Positions 44,260 to 56,895 of a stretch of 64,000 nt of DNA are shown here, piece by piece; positions within the stretch are counted from its first letter, which is position 1; every line of letters begins with the position of its first letter. A program made the translations under genes and the position numbers. Below the pieces are notes generated by a model. The model searched no databases. It had not been told where the DNA came from and saw nothing but the letters and a program-made list of their open reading frames with translations. This stretch comes from Iphione sp. A-MEVVRFRX5 (Eukaryota). Location: NCBI GenBank assembly GCA_976226885.1, contig OZ320314.1, positions 67,208,001 to 67,272,000 on the forward strand. The letters are read 5' to 3'.

Positions 44260-47200
44260 TAAGCGAGTGCTTCGCCTACGACATTCAATCATACGCCGGT
44301 AATAATGGCCAGTCTCTGCGGGCCGAGCAGCGGCTAGTGGGAACGACTACATCGGGAAGATTAATAATGGAGAGGCGTCGACAATGAATATTACAATATG
44401 GTCCAATAAGGTTCGCCGTATGGCCGTCAATAGTGGAAACCCGCGGGGACAGGCTAGATCAACTTTGAACTCCGGTTAGAAACCTTACAATAATGTTCTT
44501 TTAAGTTTTGCCACGAACGGGATGCCCATTATACGCACACTCTTATTCCTTGGTCGCCATCCTTCATGTCTGTCTCCTTGTCTGTCTGCAAACACATTTA
44601 CCGCACTGCCTCCACGAATATTCCTGTTGCCGGTGATATCTGTCTCTTCAGCTGTCGAACTTGTTCCTTTCTGTCAACTTCTGCTTCTCATCCTTCTTTT
44701 TCTAAACAGGTAATATTTACCATCATGAACGCAATTTGTTCCTTTCGCTTGAAGGATAGCCCCCATGATGGCCAGTAACAAAGCGAAAGTGGTGAAACAG
44801 AACGCAATGAAATGACAGTAGGAATCTAACCATTGAACACTCGTCTAGAGTAGAACTAATAACAATTGTGACCTCGGGCAGTAGGCAACCGTTCTCAATA
44901 GTCAGTACCCAGACGGATTTAGTGTGATAAATACACGTGAACTTAATATATAGATCCAGGCGTCACAGACAGAGTGGCGAACTGAATTTAGGGTAGCAGC
45001 CGAGCAGGACTGGGAGAACTGTAAATGCTACGAAGAGAAGTCGCAGACTGATAATTTAGCCATGCAAAACAAATTGTGATGTTGGAGCAACAACGGCATA
45101 CAGACACACTAAAAATTGTAGGTTTTACTAAAAGGGTTTGCGTGACGAGCACAAATGTTGGGCACAGGGTTCAATGTAAGGGAACACGGATTAAATGCAG
45201 AATTAATGAACAAATGGGTTAGCTGAGAACAACAGGACATGGACGTGGAGGTAACTAGGGACCAGCATCCTCCCGCGTTTCCTTCAAAGCGCAGTTGTCC
45301 TGCACTGCATATTGACATGTTATTTATTCATAATACTTTGGCAAGAGTCAACCTAAACTGATGAATGATTTCAACATTAAAGTATTAGGTACGCAGCCAA
45401 TATATTGTCTGGCGCAGCCAGGTGTAAGGTTAATTATTAATGAGCGTAAGCGGCTGCCTTGTAGGGTGTTGACTGTTCCTCCCAGGTCATATCCTACAAC
45501 AGAAGGTATCAGGTGGCAATCGAAAATTGAGAAAGACATTAACAGCTGAATAATGTACAGCGTGCCTCAGTCGACCAGTAAGGTAATATGACTGCCTGCA
45601 GAATTATTACATTACCGGTCCTCTTTGAAGCAAGGTTTTTTATTATTTTGGGGCAAGATGCACGCGTAAGCCGAAAGTAATGTTTAGTAGCGTTTGTACA
45701 AAGCCCACGGTTCCTCATAGGAATTTTCCGTCAGCAGTTGTATGTAATTACACGGATGCACTGATACGCAGGCAGTTCACATTTTGTCATATGGGGCTGT
45801 TAAATCAAGATGACCATGTCTTTTGGGAAAAAAGAAATGAGGGACTGCATTTTATACACATTTGTTCGTTCATGCTGTTCTAAAGGATAATGCTCAATTT
45901 TGAATTGGCTTTCACAACTGAACGCTAATAACCATTGAATACCGGTGAAGGATTACTGTTTAAAAAAGTCCTGATCGATGAGTTAACGTGGGGGTTCCTT
46001 GTAGTTGTGTGAAAGGAACAGTTGTATTTTTCTTTCTTTCGGTCTAAAACCACTGCTGCACTATCAATTTCGAATTCTAATTATTCCATCGCAGTCATTG
46101 CGTTCAACAAATCACGACGTTCCCTGGGGCTATTCATTATATGCTTACCGCTTGGTTACCATTCCAGATGAGGGATTTTTGCCGGCATCCTGGGCTGTGG
46201 GAAGTCTTTGATGGGTTTAATGTCGAACAGAAATAAGTAGTCGAGTCTCTCCCTGTCACATAAACCTAAATCGACTCATCCATGCCAACTCACACCCATA
46301 TCTATTCATGATCCGTAACCATCGACATCAACCGCCGACATTCAACCACCCATCATCGCTCACGCACGGCGCAACCCAGACCAAATCGGGTATTCGAAAC
46401 ATTCACAACTCGATTTCAGCATACTCACTACTGATAAGAAATAATTCCTCCATCTTCGTATCTCTGCTGATAACATTTCAATATTGGTTGCCTATGTGCT
46501 TTTGCAGATAATATCCGTCTTACTTTTACGATGAAACGTGGTATTTGCCTTCCAGCATAATTGCATGGCGTCTCGTCGAACCGCTCCACCAAATAGAAGA
46601 GTAACGTTTGCATTTTCCTTTAAAATTGCCTTTTCATATTCTGTGTTTACTGGCCCTCCTTAAAAGAATTTTCTAGTAAACAGATACTTTGAATTGCGAC
46701 CGTATAATGTGGTGTATCATAATCTTTGCGTCAAAAGTTGATTCATATGAGAGTAAATGTACGTGTATATATAGGTCTTTATTTTTACTATAAACGGATC
46801 TTCTTTATGCCAAAAAACCCATGGGAACTAGTTATCTAAGCGTGGCATCTAACAAGCAGGCTTTAGTGAGGCTGCGCAGGACAAGAGTTGTCAAGGTGAA
46901 TTTGTCTTAAGCAAAACGGATATCCTGACATATTAATTTGAGGAATTATAGGTAAGTTAGTCTGAAGAAGCTGATATGCGGCATATAGTGACCAGGTTTG
47001 ATTAAAAATATAGTAACGATCTATTTAAGATAGATACTAATGAGACCTGGAAATGAGGTCCAGAGATGTTATTGTACATGTTTTGAGGTATCACTTAAAT
47101 AGTAACATATACGGTTTGGATAATCATATGGCTTCCACACCTGGTTGACACGTAAGACGCAAGCCATGTCATTATAAGCTCACATTACCAGTATCTAAAA

Positions 47201-49117
47201 TGATGCACATTTAGAGGGGGCGGGGTTAATAAACTCTTGATGGAATTGGTCCTCCACGTACACGAACATGGCGTCAAATACGAGAGTTCAAAGTTGTATC
47301 CCAAACTGCATCAATATAAAATAGACCATGTGCACTATCCCAAAGTGTCCTAATGTCCGTCAGAGATTGGTGGTCTTCATCTGCAAAACCTCAGTACCGA
47401 AAAGAAGGCGAACGACACTACCGAAACGGAGGCGAATGTTACAGAGTGCGGTTATGTCGATGTGCCTATGCTGCAGTGAATACGCTCGTGTCACTTGATC
47501 ACAGTTGAAATGAGTAGTCTAGATAAGTCTCCATTCACTAAATGTATACATACTTGTGTTCACCAACAGGATTCTGTGATCCGCACTTTATGAGTGCATA
47601 CTCGAGACATGAAATTGTAGTTGTAGTTACCGACTTGACTACATTGGGAGGGGAAAACATGTAAACAAACGTCATTTTCAGAATGAGCGCTGGGCATGAC
47701 GCTGAAGAAGCTGATACTTCATAACTGCAACATCCAAGGTTTATACGAAAGAAAACCTTTACCTTACTCTGTGCAGTATTTTCAAAACCCGGTAAAAAGT
47801 GAATCAATCCATGCCTGACGATATATAGCTAACAATGCCCGAGGAAAGTTCGTCGGTCTTCTATTTCATATGATTGCAATGAAGTGGACCTGATATTGTT
47901 GAATGGCTTAGATTTATGTGAGCTGATTAGGTCAGTGAAGGATAAAATTACGACTTTATAGAAGAATTATTTAAAAGGACTGAATTATTTAAAGGCACTG
48001 TCGCCAGTGTGTTCATATACACATGATGAACTTTTCTGTGTAAATTATCGGAACTAGAATGAATTACGGATTAAGCACGACAAAAGTACATGGATAGTTT
48101 TGTTGCTTTAATATCGATAGAACATGTCCATCAATAAACTCTCGGTTTAGTCAAATGCACGGTTACCACTACGAGGCAATTCGTCCCTGCTATAGCTACT
48201 GCTGTCCCACAGCCTTCCTTCGCGCCCGTGTTTCTTTGGTCCATCCGCCCAACCAAGGTGTTGTCTAATTTCACGCTTGGCTGAACGATCTGAGCGCGGT
48301 GCAGCAAGTCGGCCCCTTCCAATAAGGCACATCGGCAGCTATCTGGCGGTCCATCAGCGCATTATTTATCGACGAGGTGTTGTGTTTCTTCGGCCCGCGC
48401 GGCCGCTGCGGCCCGTGTAAATGACCCTTACGATAAGACGGGCCTGCTCAGACGCGCGCGTTAGACCTGCTCCCTCCAACTGATCTGATTTTCAATAGTG
48501 CGACGACCGGTCGGTGTGAAATATCAACGAGGAATAGGCACCGAAGGCTGACCGTCGTCCCGCCGCCACCGGCACCCCTCGCCGGCGCCCGCATCGCTCA
48601 TCGCCACGCTCGGGCCGCGCGGCTGGTATATTGGATGAAATGCTGGTGGACCGCACCAAATTAGATGATCCAATCCCACCACCGCGCCGATGGTGCGCCC
48701 GTCGATTTGCTGTTATTGTACATTGCTTGGTCCCTGTACTGTTGGCGAGCATGGCAGGAGGCGGCTAAGGGCATTAGGGCGGCCGGCAGAATTACGTGGC
48801 CGCTGTCGGCTGGCATAATGGGACCAGAATGGGAAGGAGGTGGCCTGTAGGGTACGACGACGAGGCTAGAGAAGGAGAACTGTAGGACAGCCGCACGCCC
48901 AGGATGGCGTATTTATTTTCACGTCTTCCATTATCCTACATCCAATTTTGAGAACGGTTTCGAAGGTCGAGTGCCATCATTTTCTGTCCCAGAACAAATT
49001 CAGTCCAAAATCAAAAGGATCACGATTAAAGAGACATAGACTGCCTCTGGCGCTTCCATCACCCACGGCCACCACGTAACGTGCTCGATATATGATTGCA
49101 CTGGCGATACAATAGAA

Positions 49118-49440
49118 TCAAGCAAATGGAACCGTGTCAGGATAAATCAGTCCACTCAGATTAAACTCCAAGTGCGGGCCACCAATGGTGAATAGTGTCA
49201 AGTCTGTAGAAGGGCACACTAGATAGTTAGAAACAACCAGGTAAAGATAGGTTGAAAACAGGGGTACCACTGGTAGGTCTTGGCTAGCTGGCTTCCACTG
49301 CATGGGGGGAATCAATAATAAAGAAATTATTTGGAGCACAAAAGGTTGCATGCACAAATTGAAAAATGTCAGCATTGCCAAGCCTGGGTAGTGATCAGGA
49401 CAACCCTGGGCCAACTATCTCTCTTCATGGGCAGCGGTTC
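49118..49440 (-). pseudogene. Eroded CR1/L2-type LINE reverse transcriptase N-terminal fragment
   Basis: AQGCPDHYP..L..FFNLCMQ...PMQWKPA...VVPLF...LVVSNY...LT...LE follows the A.GPD.I.P / FN.S / WK.A.VVP.FK / SNYRPISLT..K.LE motif series. Confidence 0.6.
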
Positions 49441-52400
49441 TGCTATTGAAAAAGCAAGAGAGGTTCAAGTAATTTTTCGCGTCCTGTACTATCGGACAGG
49501 CTCAACTTGGTCGTCATGTTCCCCCCAGGGAATTTACCAAGAAATTGGACAATAAATGGCTTTTCCTATCTCCAGACATTACTTTGAATGTCATTGTATA
49601 TAATTTCTGTATTTGATTTTATCTTTATCTGTATTGAATATAACTGCTTTGTCATTTTCTCGTACCCTTGCGAGATCAGATTTTGAGCAGAAAGAGAATT
49701 TATTCAAATATCAGCATTGCAGGATGTCAGACATGAGAGCCAGCGTCAGCATCATAAAGTGAGAAACCAGTTGCCGACCAGATATTTAATGATTACCGTT
49801 CACTTGATCTAACGGCACAATTCTTCACAGGTGCTACTGTTCAGTGAATAAAACCTGACAAATATTCTACAAATATTTGTTGGCCTCTTGAACCTTCTTT
49901 GCCGCTTAAACCTCTACCGATATGCTAGGTCCATAACCTCAATGGACCTTTGCCTGTGAAACGTGAACTTAAGGCCCGCGTACACTGTGATTAGATCTGG
50001 GTAGTTCATGTCTTCAGTCCACACATTTCTTTATTATGGACCATCGGGACAAGTCAGGACATAGATTTATACGTGCAGCCATGCCCATAGAACGAAGTTT
50101 ACTCATATTTTCACCAGAGCTCAATATAGACAGGTTTTGCTCCGCCTCAAAATGAAGACGTCTCAGAAAACGTCATTCTCATAGACATGGTGCACCGTAA
50201 GTCCAACGGCCATAGGATCTGTTCCACGTGGTGCTTGGCTGACAAGTCCTGAATCCGCGGAGGTACTGGAGGTAATTCTATCAGTCATATTCGGACAATG
50301 TGTTTGTACCTCCTAACGGTTTCGGGATAAGAGCACACGAGGAAGATGGATATAATAATCTTTCGGACACCTCTGAAGAACATGCAGATGACTCTTCGAC
50401 ATTCATACCTCAAGACGCAACGGATAAGGACAGACTACCTTGTCGTATATCCCCATTACTGTCATCGCTTCCTTGAAACAAAATGACATGCTATCTCGGC
50501 TTAAACTTTTGCGCGTTTCTTTTACAGAGAGGAGTGTACCGAACGTGGGGTTTGAGGCAGATTACGTTATTAGCATACATGTACATATATTAATAGCACA
50601 TTAAGACATAAAGTAGAATGCATGCTGGTTTCAATAGGTTGATATACATGTACCTTGTTGTATGTTATTCATTTAACGAAGGACTAACAGAGGGAAATCC
50701 AATTTGGATCTCCCCAGTACGAAACGAAGAGTACTTTTTGACATGCAATCATGAATTATTATATTTGACGGCGTATACATAGATAAACAAATTACTCTAT
50801 AACATGGTACACCATAGGGAAACTGACCTTGCAAAAAGATTCAACATGACCATCAATGTCTGGCTAATTTAGCGGGGGGATAGGTTAGACAAAGGCTAAG
50901 TCCGTGGTGCCTGCAGTATACGTACGTTGCCACACTTTCAAAACAAGGCTGTGTTCTACAAATTGTTCTATATTTCAATATCGCGTCTGCTACATAGATT
51001 TTAATGAAACTGAAATTGTATAGAAGTTTATGACGTAAGGAACAAAAATGTGTATTGCTTGGGTTTGTAGCATTTTTTACTACTACAATATTGGCAAAAC
51101 AATAATAAAGTAAAATGTTCTATTGGGACCAAAATCAGGGTCAATCTGGCCTACCGTGAACACGGGTATTTTTGTTGATGGGCTATTCTGACACTTGTAT
51201 TCATTTTTAGCAGATTAACACATCGACGGCTAATATCGTTTTACAGTACAGATGAGCATTACGTTGTAGACTACAGGTGAAGTAGAGTAGGAGGGTCTGT
51301 CTTAACATCTCATTCATTACAACTAGTACAAATCTGGGCCATACAGCGACAGTAGATGTCGTTTTAGTATTAGAGATAGGAAGCTGCAAAAGCCGTCAGA
51401 AAAATGCTCGAAAATCAATGGCGTCGGCAGATACAGAAGGTAGAAGACGGATTCTGTGGTAACACAACGCGTCAAATCTTATGCACAAATATTGCTAAAA
51501 ATTACAAATTCGATGCAGATCTGTTTCAGTCGATCTCCTTTACAAGAGCCGTTATTGTGAGGACCTGAGGGGTGTAACTAGTATTGTAGAAAGACATGTA
51601 ATAATCACGGACGACAAAAAACTAGGAAGCGAGTCGACGGGTTTGGAGCAGAGAGTCAAAGGTGTTATAGATACGGTGCAATAGTATACGGTGCGTCTAC
51701 CTGAACAGGTGGAGGGATAGATGTAGAGATGGCGGGGTCCTGCTGAAGTGGCGGAGAGGCGGCTGCGCGTTGGCAGTGACCCGACCGTAGTGATACGGCC
51801 GAATCTGTTTACACCTTGGTCATAGGAGGTCGGGTGGAAGGATTAGGCTGCATGTATTATGTACACTCACGTCGGAGACGGCAGTTCGACCAATGGCCTG
51901 TCAACTGGGCTCGGATGACCCAAACACTGCGGCGACAAACCATGGACAGACCATGTGACGCCCGGCGACGTCATCGGGTCAAGTCGTATCTCTATGCGCC
52001 AGCATCGACCAGAGATGGCGTCTCGACGTGTCCAGCGGATGATCATCAGCCGTGCATAACTCTTCAGCACTCAGAATGTCTGCATTTTCATCAGATCAGT
52101 ACTTAGGGAACATTTGAAGATACTTTATATGTATCCTTTAGTCGCATCCACGAGGAAACGAAGCAGATTTTAAGTAGATCAAACAAACAAGCTAAAGGTT
52201 AGGGTCAGTCAAACCATTTCAAAGATAAATTACTTTCATTAAGGAAGTCAAGAAAAACAAGGCTCCAATGTGGCCATTATTACCTGTCTCATGGATGAAA
52301 TAAAAGAAAACCTTATCAATGCAAATGTCACGCTGCAGACGAACCCAGGGGTTCAGGGGTAATTGAAGCACGTTATAAACGGTAGGAATAAATATGTCCC

Positions 52401-52638
52401 GAAAAGGAATGTGATGTTCACATAAAAGCCACAGGTTACTATCAGTCTAATCTGACGCACTTTGGAAGTTAGACATTGGTACTGGAAACACTCATTTGCA
52501 TCAAGACACGGCAAGCGATGCAAAGGTCATCTGTGTTTATAAGGATACCTCTGTAACACATCTAGGTGTACATTATCATATGCATATATCTAAGGAAGAA
52601 ATACCCTCCTCAATTGATGGAGCATTATATATATATAT

Positions 52639-52693
52639 ATATTGAATGAATGACACAGACAACCAAATTGGGGGGTTTACAACTCAATTTGGG
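52639..52693 (-). repeat. Ngaro split direct repeat B2 (3' terminus), adjoining an (AT)n run
   Basis: Identical to B1. Confidence 0.92.
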
Positions 52694-52710
52694 GTTTATT
52701 CAAAAGAAAG

Positions 52711-52845
52711 AATTTCAAGTTGTATGAACGTTGGTATACAAATGCATTCCTTTGACATGTACGTCATCATGTTGACAGGGTGATGTGAGATGTTGCTGTG
52801 GTTGTTCCCATGCCAATATACAAATAATGACTTATTTGGGGATAT
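52711..52845 (-). repeat. Ngaro split direct repeat A2
   Basis: Second copy of A, lying between B1 and B2. Confidence 0.92.
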
Positions 52846-52896
52846 TGAATGAATGACACAGACAACCAAATTGGGGGGTTTACAACTCAATTTGGG
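52842..52896 (-). repeat. Ngaro split direct repeat B1
   Basis: 55 bp (atattgaatgaatgacacagac...caatttggg), identical to 52639-52693. Confidence 0.92.
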
Positions 52897-53860
52897 CCAA
52901 CCCCCAAAGACAAAGAAAAATATTTATCAAGAGGTAACTTCTGTGTCACAGAAGGTTTAATGTAATTGAAAACCACATTGCTTTTCCAACCACCACGTTC
53001 TTTAATGGCTTGTACTGGTAGACCAACTCTTGCCATGTGGGTTGCCCCACCCCTATGTAATGAGTGAGAAGTAATCCTACCCTCTAACCCTCCTTCCTTC
53101 CTAAGTTTCTTTAAATAGGCTTGGAATACCTCATACTCTAAATAACATAGCTTACTACCAACTTTATAAGGAAAAATTGGATAATCACCCTCAACTCTGA
53201 TAAAAGAAAAAATCAGACGTAACCAGTGTACAGAACATAAAATCTTGTTAGAGCATGGAGAAACCACAATTTCTCTCAGCTGTTCCCCAAACTGATCTGT
53301 CTTAGAGAATCTAACATGAACTACAATATAATCAGCAACAATTTAAATATCACTCCTACGCAGACCCCTATTCCCAGTGAACTGCTTTTTCCTCAAGAGA
53401 CATCTAAAACCCTAAACAATAGAAACCCAAAACACCATATCAAGTGCTCCTTTGAACACCATATGATGATACATCTCCAACAAATCCTCCACAGTGACCC
53501 CTTTTGCGACCAGGCTAGGCAACCCATACAACCTTTTACAACCAGCAATCATCCACTTCAGGCAGTAATCTGAGCTATCAGATTACTATCAGAGCTATTG
53601 ATAAACCTCTGCATTTATGTTAAAAAACAACTCCACTGATATAGTTGGCAGTACTGTTAGGATTCAAAATAAAAGAGAGATACACGCAATACAAATGCAG
53701 CTGAGACTGACTACATGGATAAGGAGAACAAAGATAACGCTTACAGAAATGCAAATCCCTCTCTCCTGTCTTCTTCTCACTGATAGGGTGTTCTTGGAAA
53801 AGGCCGACCCCTTAAGGACCTTCATGCACCCCAACAGTGACTCAATTCCTCCTGAAAAAT
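52887..53860 (-). pseudogene. Tyrosine recombinase of the Ngaro element (disrupted)
   Basis: ITSHSLHRGGATHMARVG...IKERGGWKSNVVFNYI. The N-terminal SAFSKNT motif lies in another frame, and the catalytic Arg codon reads CAT (His). Confidence 0.85.
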
Positions 53861-53919
53861 TCAAGAGACGACTTGCAACAAACACCTTCAACCCATAAAC
53901 ACCACTATCATCAACAGCT

Positions 53920-55400
53920 TTTGGAGGATCTAAACACCTGGACAAACTATCCGCAACCACATTGTCCCTAGTGTTCATGTAGTCACTTGAAATCCTGATA
54001 TCAAAAACCATACAAATCCAAAAGATTTCCTTAAGAGACAAATGTTATTAACACTCCTCCCTGTTCTCAACATGTATAGAACTTGCGTGTTATCAACCAT
54101 GAATAGGACTGACTTGCCCCTCCACTCCTCTCGTTATCTCTTCAGGGCTAACACAACTGGCCAAAGCTCATAAACATTTATATCTTCTTCATACACATCG
54201 AGAGTAGGTCTACACTCACTATGGCCACAACCAATGTCGACAATCTCCTCCTTCCATAGACTGACAAACCAATCTGATCAATACCACCCTGCAAACCGGT
54301 GAGAGAGGAATCAGTATAACAGACCTCCTCAGGATTATCCCACTTGATCAGTCTACCTGTGCCATTGAATAAGCTAGCAAATCCTCAAATCCTCCTGAAC
54401 CACTCCAACTATTGGGCATCTCTTGTTATTCCTTGGAAGTTCTTCTACAAACCTATAGAGATTTGGACAGAACGTCCTCCCTCCACTGATGAAAGTGGCA
54501 CAATGCGACAGATAACCTGAAAGCTTCTCCCCTTGCTTCCTATTAATCTGACCCACTGCTAAGACTTCATCAAGGAGCTTCCTCATTTTTTCCAATTTAC
54601 GTGGGGGTAATCTCAAACACATGTCAAAACTGTCAATTTCAATCCCTAAATAAATGCACTTTGGACTTGGATCAGAAACTTTCTTTCAGAAATGTCAAAA
54701 CCTAGACCCATGATCAAATCTGTCAAAACCTTCCTATTTGCCAAGCAGCTTTCATAAAAAAAACCCACAAACGAGGAAATCATCCAGATAATTGACAATC
54801 TTGCAGTCCATCAACTTCGCATATTCTAAAGAGATGGAATCTGAAATTGTATTGAAAATAAATGGGGCGCATTTCAGACCAAACGTTAGAGTATTGCTAA
54901 CATAGAAATGCCACTTTCCATCTAATATCCAAGAGAAACCTTGATACTTCTTGCACTCTGCCCTTACACAAATCAAACGTTAAGCACTGGATATGTCAAC
55001 AACACTCATAAAATCTCCTGGATTTTAAAAATTCACACACAGTACTAACAGAATTATAAGAGAAATCCTCATAAACCTCATCCATGAAGTGATTAATGGA
55101 TCTTCCAATAGGCCTCGAGCAATCCGTGATGGGTCTTAGAGATCCATCACTTTTTGGAACGCCTCCCATTGCATGCACACATTGAGGTGGACCATAAACC
55201 TGAGAGATAAATCCCTCCTCTAATTCCTTACTGATTTTTTGCGACATCTGTGTTCTAAATGGCTCCTCCAAAATTGACTTATAATTCTCACAGAAATATG
55301 AATTACAAAAACTTTCTGAAACAATTCTGAAGCGCTACCAGACACCTTCCCAGATGCACTTCCTTGTTTCTGCACTCATAGACCCAAAGGCACAGCCCTT
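53920..55400 (-). pseudogene. RT/RNase H of the Ngaro element (frameshifted)
   Basis: Collinear RT/RH motifs are split over ORFs 54996-55271, 54752-54976, 54374-54622 and 53664-54041. Confidence 0.88.
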
Positions 55401-55869
55401 AAAAACCTACATGGCAAGAGCTTACTCAATACCCCGCCAATATAGTGTTTACATCCACAGGAATTTTGCAAACAGTTGTCATAAATCAAACAAACTTCTC
55501 TTTCATAGCAGACAGCATACATCATCCTACTTGAAACACTTACAGCGGGGGCACAGCCAGACATACAAACATTGTCTGAGAATTCTAGTAGAAGCCAACG
55601 GTCTGCTACATTAGAATCACATAGATCTTTTACACAGCGCATAATACCTTCACTACTAGAAGAGCTACTCAAAGGTATAGATACATCACTTCACAATTTC
55701 TCCAAATTTGGGAAAGAGTAAACATTAACACTACACATACTAACACTATCACTCAATCCTCCAGAACTTTCACAACCTAGTCACTTTTTACTGGGCTTCT
55801 GGTCCCTTGACTTGTCACTGTTATTAACATTTGACAGACATTCGTAAGCTTTGTGCTCAGTAGAGCCAC

Positions 55870-56741
55870 ACACTAAACAAGTGTGTTTAAAGTTACATGC
55901 AGTATCGTGACATGTCCCGTTGTTGAAACGGCATCGTGTTTCTTAGCTCTGTTCTTAGATTGGCCTGGCTTTGACTGTGAACTATTTAACATCATATGAA
56001 AAAAAAAGTGTTCTGATAAGCTCATCATCCCCATACTTGAACTCACCAATACCTTTTCTTGAGGCATGTTTTCTAATATCTTTGTCATATTCAATAAACA
56101 ACACGTCATGATACACATTCTTGACTCTCTTTTCTAACATAAATATGACATGATTCAAGTAACCTGGAAATATCATCACCCTATTTCAGGTGTCACTGTA
56201 GCAACTTCATAGAGCCAAGCATTAACCAGTCAAAATTTTCTACCTTTTTAGACTTAATTGCTCTCTTAATTTTAAAGGCTTTCTTTTTACCTCTCTGTTT
56301 CTTTCTGCGCCTCTCAGTATCACTATCTGAGTCCGAATTCATTTCGAATGATGACAAATAATCAGGGGATGTCGCTGCACCAGCCACTGGCTTAGTAACT
56401 GGGTCAGGTTGATGGTCATCTTTCTTTGTTGACATTGGAGCCATACTGCCGTTCGCGAGGAAAACAATAAACATGTCTTCTAATTTTCCCATCTACGAGG
56501 TCAGCTCATCAAACTTGTCAACACCACCATCAAGAACAGCACTACTCGAGCTTGTCTCTTTGGAACCAACGGACTCTCTCTGCCCTTCAGAAAAATCGGG
56601 AAATTCCACCGACGAGACCTCCAGAACATCGTTCGCCAGCTTACAGTGCTTCCCAACTGGTGCAGCATGTTTCCTCTTACATTTGTTGCAATGGGGGGCC
56701 ATGCTGAAAGTAGAAACTGATAAACAGGTTAGTAGGCACAA
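55870..56741 (-). pseudogene. Gag-like ORF1 of the Ngaro element (disrupted)
   Basis: Position 5' of RT. Fragments MAPHCNKCKRKHAAPVGKHC, basic RRRKKQRGKKK, FPGYLNHVIFMLEKR..Y..VL..EYDKDIRK..S. Confidence 0.6.
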
Positions 56742-56761
56742 ACACGTCTGTTCACAACAAA

Positions 56762-56895
56762 AATTTCAAGTCGAATGAATGTTGGTATACAAATACATTC
56801 CTTTGATACATACATCATCATGTTGATGAGGTGACATGAGACATTGCTGTGGTTGTTCCCGTGCAAATATACAAATACTGACTTATTTGGGATAT
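56762..56895 (-). repeat. Ngaro split direct repeat A1
   Basis: Aligns to 52711-52845 with 18 substitutions and 1 indel by hand alignment. Confidence 0.92.

Larger units (their letters stand above)
52639..56895 (-). mobile_element. Degenerate Ngaro-type (DIRS order) tyrosine-recombinase retrotransposon
   Basis: Minus-strand remnants run gag-like, RT (GGVPKSDGSLRPITDCSRP, TFGLKCAPFIF, NYLDDF), RNase H (NVVADSLSR), YR (HSLHRGGAT...GGWKS..VFNY). Split direct repeats are arranged A1-ORFs-B1-A2-B2. Confidence 0.9.
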
